In this document: in pieces, positions 53,958-64,000 of the stretch
Position numbering within the stretch: the stretch's first letter is position 1
Layout of the letters: every line of letters starts with the position of its first letter
Translations under genes and position numbers: made by a program
The notes under the pieces: generated by a model
Seen by the model: only the letters and a program-made list of their open reading frames with translations
Told to the model about the DNA's origin: nothing
Database searches by the model: none
Assembly: GCA_951406725.2 (NCBI GenBank)
Contig: OX597824.1
Coordinates: 2,356,001-2,420,000, forward strand
DNA from: Octopus vulgaris
Lineage: Eukaryota
Reading direction: 5' to 3'
DNA: 64,000 nucleotides

Positions 53958-54887
53958 ATATATATATATATATATATATAGTATGCACCGAAGGCTACGA
54001 ATACTTTAGCTACGACAACTCTACTCATGCAATTATTCACAAATGCAGCGTCTCCGCTGTTTACTTTAGGCAGCCGAATCGAACACAATCAATAATTCAT
54101 ATACTACAAGACTGCTGCAAGGATGAACATCTTGTAACAGATTTATGTGAGCCATAGCACTGCTTTGATCATTCCATATTCCTCTTTAGTATTTCCCAAA
54201 TTTTTCATTTCACTACGCCACACCGTGTTACAGGAATTGGTTCTATTCTTTTCAATAGAACCTTCAGGATGTTATCTCTTGTTTGTTTAGACAATGTATT
54301 TGTGTTGTCATTGAATGTGATTGCAATATAATAATAAACAAATTCTGTTATGTCCTATCTTGGACTTGTGTGTGCATTTGGCTTACACAATTGCAAGAAG
54401 GCTTCTTTGTGTAACATTTGATTCAGTCCATGATTTTCTATGAAGCACTAAATCAAAGTGAAGACTACCGGTCGTTGTTTTTATTTAGGGATACCAACGA
54501 AATTGCATTCGAATAGTATCTCGTTGCATCTCATAGTTAGTACTTTATGCAAAAGCCCAGACGCAGTAGTGCCGATTAAATTCCATTAAATTTCATATTA
54601 ATATCTGATACAAACATCGGAATAGTAATGGATACATTTTACAAAACTTTTCCTTTTCACGATCAGTTGAAACTGCTAAAGTAATTGAAAAGAAATACGG
54701 TAAGAAAATGGGTTCAGATGCACAAGAAACACGATTACTGTTTCACATTCAAGACACTGTTACAAGTCACGCACATACTTACATATGTTAATTGATATAA
54801 AGACGCACAAACACACAAGCACACACAGACACGCGTTCAAACACACACGCATATGTGCATATATGTGTTATGGTTATATATATATAA

Positions 54888-55080
54888 AGAGAATTCACGT
54901 AAAAAACAAAAGACGAAGACAGGTGGTGCAGAAAACAAACACATTTATAAGTATAACGCTCAAGAATAGAAACAGTCTTTTACGTTTCGAGCGTACGCTC
55001 TTCAACATAAAGGAACACAGAAAGAAACAAGGAGAGAAAAAAAATGTGTGTAGTGGCTACCGATCTATCATGGTGACTGC
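54888..55080 (-). mobile_element. Short hammerhead-motif repeat (family H)
   Basis: Minus strand TGTTGA-A-GAGC-GTAC-GCTC-GAAACGT; reverse complement of 45708-45910. Confidence 0.72.
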
Positions 55081-55181
55081 CGGACAGAAGGGTCACACAG
55101 AAGAGCGAAGAAATAGGGGAGATAACAAAGTAAATGTGAGATAACAAATTAAAGGAGATATACATATAGATATAGATATAC

Positions 55182-55266
<85 letters not shown>

Positions 55267-55283
55267 CAGAGATAGATAGATAA

Positions 55284-55341
<58 letters not shown>

Positions 55342-56169
55342 GGATAGATAGATATTGTACTTAATGAATCGCACGGTATACACCTAGTAGTTTACTGCTG
55401 ATCACTCCACCGTCGGATTCCCATAAACCAGTTCTGCAGTGTCCCACCCGCGAATGATCGATGCCAGATGGAGAGAAAAGATTATACTGATCAATAAAGT
55501 ATTCTCGTTGCATCTTCCATCTTTAGTCTTTATGCAAAAAAGTATACGCATAGTGCCGGTTTAATTACATTCCATTAACTCTCCGTTGAGCCCCTACTGC
55601 GAAACCGATTAGTCAGATCGGCCGTAATGGATACATAATCCTGTACATTTCGATTGATTTTCCCAAAATAGGGACAGTTATACGAGGACATTTCTCCCTG
55701 ATGTATGAATCCTTACCGGGCTTTCAAATATACAGACACACACACACATACACATATACGTGCGCGGACACTATACACACACATAAACTCTTAAAATACG
55801 CAAAAATGGAAATAACACTGACATCTCATTTTAAGATATATTTACCAAAATTACATAAAAATATCTTGAAATACTAAAGAGCAAATTAATTCAATAAAAT
55901 CGCCATTGCCAAGCATTACTACATATCTATTCCAAATTCCTGGCTGAGTGAATTGCGACATGGTGTTGTTTTTCTCAAAGATGGTGCCCAACTCACCCTA
56001 CTACATAGTCGACAAAATAAAAAACAAACAGGGTGCATGTGCAAAATTAAAAATATAAAATGGTGACAATTGGTCACATTTTACTAACCGAAACAAGTGA
56101 GTAACTAGTGAAATAATGTATATGTAATGTCTACATATATTTATAAATAGGTAGTGGGTAGCGATTTTC

Positions 56170-56500
56170 TTCACTACTTCAGGGAGTGGCAACCTTGCCT
56201 GACACGCGTTCCGGGCTGAGCTAGGTCCGGCTGACAGTCCCCGGTATGGGCCCCTATCCTTAGTTACGGAAAGGAGACAATCTTCAAAGAAATCTGGAAT
56301 GGAGCCCCATAGGTGGTTTCGTGTTCGATTCGACACTCTTCTGGCAGCTCCTACAACCAAGCTGATGCCAAACTTAATGCTCACTACTTCAGGGACCCCT
56401 TTGGACTACGTCAGCAAGGTCGAGAGAGGAATGCTGACGACTGGGCTACCCTAGATTTGCTTACATCTAGCCCTGGCCTGCGCAAAACTGGAGAGGAAAC
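56170..56500 (+). mobile_element. RTE-clade LINE 5'UTR fragment without ORF
   Basis: GC-rich TCTGGCAGCTCCT.CA.CCAAGCTG.TGCCAAAC...CCTTTGGACTACGTCAGC..GGTCGAGAG...CTGGGCTACCC resembles RTE 5'UTRs (from recall). Confidence 0.6.
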
Positions 56501-56885
56501 TGGAGAGATGAAAGGTAAAAACCAAACTGGATTAGTTTATGCGCAACTCCATTGTCTCCTGAGAAAAAAAGATGACAACAATATCTCTATAAAAGCATAT
56601 CATTTATATTTTATCTTTAGTCATTAGACTGCGGCCATGCTCGGGCAACTTATTGAAGAATTTTAGTCGAACGAATCAACCCACGATTTTGTCCGGTCTA
56701 TCTGCTTCTTCCTACTTTTCCTCTTCTCTGGGATCTTTCTTGTATCCGACGAAGAACCGTACTCGAAACGCTAGTTCTAATCCTATGCTTCCATATTGAA
56801 ATTTCACCTAGCGTTAATCCGATATATTCACTGTGTACAATGGCTCAGTGAAGGCGCATGGCTCAGTGAAGGCGCATGGCTCAGT

Positions 56886-57228
56886 GAAGGCGCATGGCTC
56901 AGTGGTTAGAGCGTCGAGCTTACGATCGTGAGGTTGTGAGCTCGAATCCCGGACCGGGCTGTGTGTTGTGTTCTTGAGCAAAGCACTTTATTTCACGTTG
57001 CTCCAGTTCACTCAACTGTAGAAATGAGTTGCGCCGTCACTGGTGCCAAGCTGTATCGACCTTTGTCTTTCCCTTGGATAACACTGATGGCGTGGAGAGG
57101 GGAGGCTGGTATGCATGGGCGACTGCTGGTCTTCAATAAACAACCTTGCCCGGACTTGTGTCTAGGAGGGTAACTTTCTAGGTGCAATCCCATGGTCATT
57201 CATGACCGAAGGGGGTCTTTACCCTTTA
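56886..57228 (+). mobile_element. tRNA-derived SINE family D
   Basis: Box A TGGCTCAGTGG, box B GCTCGAATCCC, then GTGTTGTGTTCTTGAGCAA; tail GGGGGTCTTTACCCTTT. Confidence 0.9.
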
Positions 57229-57344
57229 CATCCAAATGAGTTTTGTTGTTTCTTTTCCTTTTTTTCGTGGATTTGCCAATGCATACATACATACATACAT
57301 ACATACATACATACATACATACATACATGTATATATATATATAT

Positions 57345-57686
57345 AAAGGGTAAAGACCCCCTTCGGTCATGAGTGACCATGGGTTTGCACCTAGAAAGTT
57401 ACCCTGCCAGGCACAAGTCTGGGCAAGGTTGTTTTTATGGAAGGCCAGCAGTCGCCCATGCATACCGGCCTCCCCTCTCCACGCCACCAGTGTTGTCCAA
57501 GGGAAAGACAAAGGTCGATACAGCTTGGCACCTGTGACGTCGCAACTCATTTCTACAGCTGAGTGAACTGGAGCAACGTGAAATAAAGTGTCTTGCTCAA
57601 GAACACAACACGCAGCCCGGTCCGGGATTCGAGCTCACAACCTCACGATCGTAAGCTCGACGCTCCAACCACTGAGCCATGCGCCT

Positions 57687-57688
<2 letters not shown>
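57345..57688 (-). mobile_element. tRNA-derived SINE family D (inverted partner)
   Basis: Near-identical reverse complement of 56886-57228. Confidence 0.9.
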
Positions 57689-57744
<56 letters not shown>

Positions 57745-57931
57745 ATATGTATGTATGTATATATATGTATATATATGGCAAATGAAAGACGGGAGATAGA
57801 ATATAAGAGAACTTATTAATCACGTCAATTATTTCGACACATCTAGCATCAACCCCTCATGGGATAGATAGATAGATTGATAGATAGATAGATACATTCA
57901 TTCATACACACATAATGTATATATATACAAT

Positions 57932-57990
57932 GTATATCCACACAGAAACACATATATGCATTGTATATATGTGTTTCTGTGTGGATATAC
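57932..57990. repeat. Perfect 26-bp inverted repeat, 7-nt spacer
   Basis: GTATATCCACACAGAAACACATATAT / ATATATGTGTTTCTGTGTGGATATAC. Confidence 0.95.
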
Positions 57991-59056
57991 CTATTTTTCT
58001 GTATTGCTGTTTGTTTGTTTGTGTGTACCTCATCAGCGATTGCAGCGCGGGAGACACAGAAGTATCGTTAACTTCACATGAGTCTTATTTGTAATACGTT
58101 GTTCAAATTTTCGTCAATCGCCATTGTGCTGCATCGAAACACTTCCTTTGCAGATACATCTCCGTAGCTAATAAGTTTTAAACACACACACACCTGCATG
58201 CTCATATGTATTGATAGATATTTATATACATATATAAACAGAGGTATATTATAAATATATATTAAATCGATATGTATACATATATAATATATACATATAT
58301 ATTATAGTTATATATTATATAAATTATATTTACATCAATATATGCATGTGTTTGTGGCGGGGTGTAAAACAAGAAAAATAAGAAAGTACATCGATAGAAA
58401 CTTGATGTATTTTTACAATTTTTAAAATATCTATATTTATAAAAACATTGCTTTACGTTTTCTTTCTGGTTTTCGTTTTTGTTGCAAATTTCCGGTGGCT
58501 TGTGTTGATTTATGTTTCTCTATATATGTTGACACTCTATAGGTGTCATAAAAAAAATATCCTATTGATCAACAAACTACTTGAAGGATTTTTTTCAGGT
58601 TTTGCTGGGATTATTTTAGCACATTTCTCTCGCAAAAGTAACATTTCAATGAGACGCTATCGATAAATATATTCAGAGTTATATATTACCATTCCACTCG
58701 ATTTGAATAGAATAAATGAATGTAAATTTAGGCAATTTAGAATCGGGATTCATTATTCAAGCAGTAGGCATTGAAATTCCAACCGCGATAAAATGCTGTC
58801 TTGTACGAAATATATAGCGTGTTTTATGTCACAACAATAACCATAAAGTTTCGCTTCTTGATTTATTTATCACCCTGCTGAAAGACATAACGCTATCTCA
58901 ATATTTCACTTCAATGGAAAGCCACACGTTAACATATCCAATTTATATACTGTTATGTATATACGTGTATATACATATACATACATATATATGCATATAT
59001 ATATATATATGTGTGTGTGTGTGCGTGTTTGTGTACATATGTATATATATATATAC

Positions 59057-59087
<31 letters not shown>

Positions 59088-59152
59088 TATATACACATAC
59101 GTGCCTATATGTGATATATAAACACGCACACACATATATATACATGTCTATA

Positions 59153-59184
<32 letters not shown>

Positions 59185-59210
59185 CATTAGTGCCTATATG
59201 TGATATATAA

Positions 59211-59280
<70 letters not shown>

Positions 59281-59963
59281 GTATATGTATATGTATGTAT
59301 ATATAAAGAAAGAGAGCGAGAGAGAGAGAGGGAGAGAGAGAGATAATTATGTTGCAATTTGTTCATACATAAGCGAGAAAAAGTGATCGTTTTCGTATGT
59401 TAATGTGCAATATATGTCTGGACAAATATTAATAGAGATATTAGCTTTCAGATGCTGAGTGGTGAATGGTTAGTTTTAAATTTAATATGTCATATAATCT
59501 TGATATAAACATTATTTCAAACCTATTGCATTAATGATATTTATTATTATACATTACAGTTACACTTTTGTAAACACCGGAAGTCGCCGAATTCAGTGTT
59601 CAGTCAATGCGCCCAATCAACGTCTTTGATTTTGCATGAGGGTCGCATTACGATTACGATTGCTTCGCAGTCACGCCGTAGTCTAATGAGAAAATAATTA
59701 ACACCATTAAACAGCTGGAGCAATAGTTTGGTGAAATCAATGAGGAGAGATTTAGTCTGCTCATGATATCCGGATTTCAATGAATCCCAGGAATACCAAA
59801 AGAACAATCTTTGGTTTGTCGGAATGTAAAATTAGTTTTATTAGCAAGCATCTCCTCTATTTACAAGAACCACTTAATTCTTCATCATTAATCGTAAATG
59901 CGCTTCGATAAAGTCGCATTTTTTTGGAGAATAAAATTAACATTATTATTATTATTATTATTA

Positions 59964-60003
<40 letters not shown>

Positions 60004-60031
60004 CATTATTATTATTATTATTATTATTATT

Positions 60032-60501
60032 GAGTGAGAGAGCAGTTCATGCCATCAAAGTGACACTGGGGTAAAATATACGAAGCCCAGTATACCCATC
60101 ATGACTACCCGTCTGATAAAGGTACACCAGGCACATGCATCACAACCATATGTGCGCGACATGGTGATCTCATATCAAGATAAACAGCACATGACCTTGC
60201 AGGTGGGGCCCAGTTAGAATTTTCTTCAGGTTGAGTAGCCCATCCCGCTCAAACGGTTCCTGAATAAGGGTTGTTTAATGATGTTGAAAGAACCACCCAT
60301 GTTTCCAGAGGTGAACTATTCAAACCCCAAAGAATCCCTCTCAACACATGGCTATGATGCTCCCCCACTACTTCTGCTCGTGATCAGAGATGCACATATC
60401 GTCAGCCACTAAGGGACATGCTCAACTGGTTAAGGTCAAACAACTGACAAGCAAATCTGTGGTATTGAGCAGAATATTTGCTGTAGCCCATCTTTTATAC
60501 C

Positions 60502-60504
<3 letters not shown>
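60032..60504 (-). mobile_element. Probable 5'-truncated retroelement 3' end inserted in (TAA)n
   Basis: ~470-bp GC-richer insert precisely bounded by TTA arrays (59942-60031, 60505-60548); minus strand begins with a short open frame WYKRWATANILLNTTDLLVSCLTLTS*. Confidence 0.55.
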
Positions 60505-60549
<45 letters not shown>

Positions 60550-60850
60550 AATTCCGCTATTAAGCGTATATTATTTGTATGCGATGTGTAGGTTAAAATC
60601 AACTGTCATTTAGTTTTAGTTTTATTGCCTAACCTTCTGCACCGACTAATTTTAACATACCATTCTATTTTTGTTGCTGAGTTTTCACAGACACAGGAAT
60701 GCTTTAAAACATTCACGTATGCATAAACAAAATTACAAAAGCACACACCAATACATGCACACACACACACACACACAAATGCTGACACACACTCAAATGC
60801 GCATACACATATATACACACAAAAAATACACTTGTACACTTACATAACAA

Positions 60851-61345
60851 TCATCATCATCATCATCATAGTCATCATCAACATCATCACCATCTTTTAA
60901 TTTCTGCTTTCCATGCTAGCATGGGTTGGACGATTTGACTGAGGGCTGCACCAGGCTCCAATCTGATCTGGCAGAGTTTCTACAGCTGGATGCCCTTCCT
61001 AATGCCAACCACTCCGAGAGTGTACTGGGTGCTTTTACGTGCCACCGGCACAACGGCCTGTCAGAAGGTACTGGCAACAGCTACGCTCAAATGGTGCTTT
61101 TTTACGTGCCACCTGCACAGAAGCGAGTCCGGCGGCACTGGCAACGACCTCACTCGAATGGTACTTTTTTACGTGCCATCGGCACGGAAGCCAGTTTACT
61201 GCTCAGGCAACGATCACGCTCGGATGATGCTCTTAGCACTCCACTAGCACGGATGCCAGTCCTCGAATTTGATTTCGATTTTGATTTCACTTGCCTCAAC
61301 AAGTCTTCGCAAGCAGAGTTCAGTGTCCAATGAAGGAAAGGTTAA
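60851..61345 (-). mobile_element. RTE-related SINE/non-autonomous element with (GAT)n tail
   Basis: Minus strand GGTTGGCATTAGGAAGGGCATCCAGCTGTAGAAAC and CCAACCCATGCTAGCATGGAAAGC, then (GAT)n; internal 67-bp tandem repeats. Confidence 0.7.
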
Positions 61346-61467
61346 GGAAAATGGTTCTTTTAACATTCAGTGTTGGATAAACAAATATTTCACTTCAAAC
61401 AACAGTGTAAATAAGTGAGAGGTTGTTTTTAGTATAGAAACCCAAAGTAGAAGATTATAAGGGAAGG

Positions 61468-61517
<50 letters not shown>

Positions 61518-61838
61518 CATTCATGTATGTATGTATGTATGTGTGCGTGTGTGTTTGTAGACGAAAGAAAAGAACAAATGTGTATCCAAGAACACAATAT
61601 AAATAATAAGAGCCAATGAATTAAAGATTTGATTGTTCAACCTTTGAAGCAATTAATTAGAATGAACAACAGGCAAAACTAATAAAGGAATAGATTAAAC
61701 TAGTTGGAGGCGAGAGGGAGGCGAGAGGGAGGCGGAAAGAACGAGTTGAACAAATAGTATCTCGCCAAGTAGTTAACATATTTAACAAACTAGAAATCAA
61801 AACTTACTACGACAACAATTACTACTACTACTACAAGA

Positions 61839-61839
<1 letters not shown>

Positions 61840-61882
<43 letters not shown>

Positions 61883-61925
61883 TAATAATAATAATAATAA
61901 TAATGATAATAATAATAGAAATAAA

Positions 61926-61989
<64 letters not shown>

Positions 61990-62018
61990 TTAAAAGTAAT
62001 AATAATAATAATAATAAT
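61840..62018. repeat. (TAA)n microsatellite
   Basis: Visible trinucleotide array. Confidence 0.95.
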
Positions 62019-62789
62019 ATGTTTGTGTAAACTACAGTAAAGCGAAAATGAAATAGATTACGTTACATTTCATGTTCGTAATTAGAAAACAACCAAATGC
62101 TGTGAATTCAGAAGAAAATATACATAAATTGATAAATCAGGGAAATCAATTTATAAACATTATAGGATTTGAAATCGCATTTGTTCTAACTTTTTTATCA
62201 CAAGAAATGGACAAAGTAAAAATAATTAATACAATTATGAAAGAAATATAAGAATAACAAGAAGAGTATACCAAGTCAGCCGCCATCATTGATTTGTTAA
62301 GAGACGGAAAACAAATGCAAGAACAAAATAAATAAACAATATTTACTTAATTTACATTTATTATGATTAAACTAAGTTGATGCAGCAGATAACAATAACA
62401 CATGTTGTAATACACATACACAGATAGGATAAATCTTCAAATATTTGCTTTTGTTTACAAGTGTGGCTAAGAATTCGTCTACATGTTTGTATGTGGAATC
62501 GAAATCACTGGGAAATATCAGAGAATAATCGAGGCTGGTTTTGGAGTGTCGTTAAGATATCGATCCCAATTAATTAATTATATTTAGGTTTTGAGTTCTA
62601 ATTACACCGAGATAAAGTTTGCATTAATTTCTTCCAAGTTCAATAACATATGACAACTAATACGTACTAATGGTACGATTAATCGACTGAACGTGTTCCC
62701 GTTGTTGTAGTCCTGTGAGAAAAAAATAGGGAGAGTGGGGAGGAGAGCAAGGATTGATATTAAGGATAAAATAAGGTAAATAAGAATAT

Positions 62790-62948
62790 ATATTTCTTTA
62801 CTACCCACAAGGGGCTAAACACAGAGGGGATAAACAAGGACAGACAAACGGATTAAGTCGATTACATCGATCCCAGTGCGTAACTGGTACTTAATTTATC
62901 GACCCCGAAAGGATGAAAGGCAAAGTCGACCTCGGCGGAATTTGAACC
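62790..62948 (-). mobile_element. SINE family B, 5'-truncated
   Basis: Near-identical to the 3' 160 bp of 17291-17524. Confidence 0.88.
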
Positions 62949-62949
62949 C

Positions 62950-63560
62950 GATGACTTGAAATGATGATAGTCAGATAAACCAGGTTTAGTAGAGAAAAGA
63001 GCATGAGGTACACACAAGCATATTTCGAGTCATAATCTTTTCTTAAGTTACTTGATCAATACGTAATCATGCATTATCGTGTAAGAGTAACCACCCTTTA
63101 TGTTTGACTAATGATGGACCCTTTTCTCTGCAAACCTTTGTGCAATGCTTCGAATAAAGAATTTCTTTTGCAATAAACACATCATGAGAGACGACACCCT
63201 TTGTCTGGATATGATTATAGAAACCCATTTTTCACCACTTATGATGAACCTACGCTCGAAAGGTTGAGATCATGTCTACTCTTTAATGACGAGCAGAGAC
63301 ATCTACTGGTCAACTTTAAGCACTCTTTATAATGGTGATTGTGATCAAAGTATGAGTTAAATTGAACTTCTTCGCTACTTCATGTTCAAATTTTCTGAAG
63401 CTCAACAAGGACAGAAATTGGTTGTCCAAATCGAGTGAATCTATGAAAGAAACATTTCCCGAGTAAAACTAGCCAGACTATCGATGGCCTGTCTGGGCAC
63501 TTAAAGCTTCATGTTCATAGATAGATTGACTGTTTCTTATCGCTTCCATTGCTGAAGAGG
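62950..63560 (-). pseudogene. Degenerate mariner transposase remnant
   Basis: Minus strand ISGEKWV (VTGDEKW-like), LLLHDNA and HALFSTKPGLSDYHHFKS (HPPYSPDLAPSDYHLF-like). Confidence 0.7.
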
Positions 63561-64000
63561 TCTTTTTGAATTCAACCAGCATGTAGTGTCTTATAAAGGA
63601 CTATTCTAAACTTATTTTAAAATAATAAAATCGATAGAAATTTAATCTGCAGAGATAGAAGAAATCATGAGGATGTCTAAATTAATGTTTAGTAGTATTA
63701 CTAGTTGTGAAACACAGAGCCAAACTAGGAGAAAATACGATAAGCGTAAGTTTAAATCATTAGATCTTACATACGTTTCACTATTATACTTGATGTTAAC
63801 AGTATGTATGGATGCCTAAACGCAAAATATTATCAGGGGCCACTTTATTGAATTAGGTAACAGGGGACTAATGGACAGAGAATATTAGTCCTTTCTAACT
63901 TAATGCAGTAGAACGTTCTTTGATGACCCCCTCCAGCTAAGTATCTAATTACATATTCCACACCCAATACAGGGTCCCAAGTAGCTATAACGGTAAAGCG

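Noticed and set aside
56886-56960. tRNA gene (also 49455-49528 and 57615-57688)
   Set aside because: tRNA-like heads run into SINE bodies and lack a proper acceptor stem; these are SINEs, not tRNAs.

Overview
AT-rich, repeat-saturated eukaryotic non-coding DNA (intergenic or deep intronic). The mix of tRNA-derived SINE families and dense (TA)n/(TAGA)n/(TACA)n/(TAA)n microsatellites looks like a coleoid cephalopod genome, probably Octopus; this is inferred from repeat content and was not checked by search. I found no convincing host protein-coding exon, and most ORF-track entries are microsatellite read-throughs. The recognisable coding remnants are all transposons: a Chapaev3-like (CMC) fragment; a full-length frameshifted DD34D mariner nested in a DD37D/maT element; further mariner and maT remnants; a Penelope-like element (RT + GIY-YIG); a young 5'-truncated CR1-group LINE; R4/Dong, CR1 and RTE fragments; and a Helitron-type 5' end. 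The most notable recurring signal is about 10 minimal hammerhead-ribozyme-like motifs (CTGANGA-stem II-GAAAC, often with a palindromic stem III) in short non-coding repeats sitting in microsatellites. One is a ~1.2-kb non-coding element with Penelope-like inverted plus partial-tandem architecture. Other points of interest are a tail-to-tail SINE inverted pair, SINE-into-SINE insertion at a fixed site, a covarying LINE 3' stem-loop and long fold-back palindromes. Family names rest on motif recall, and no ribozyme activity is demonstrated.
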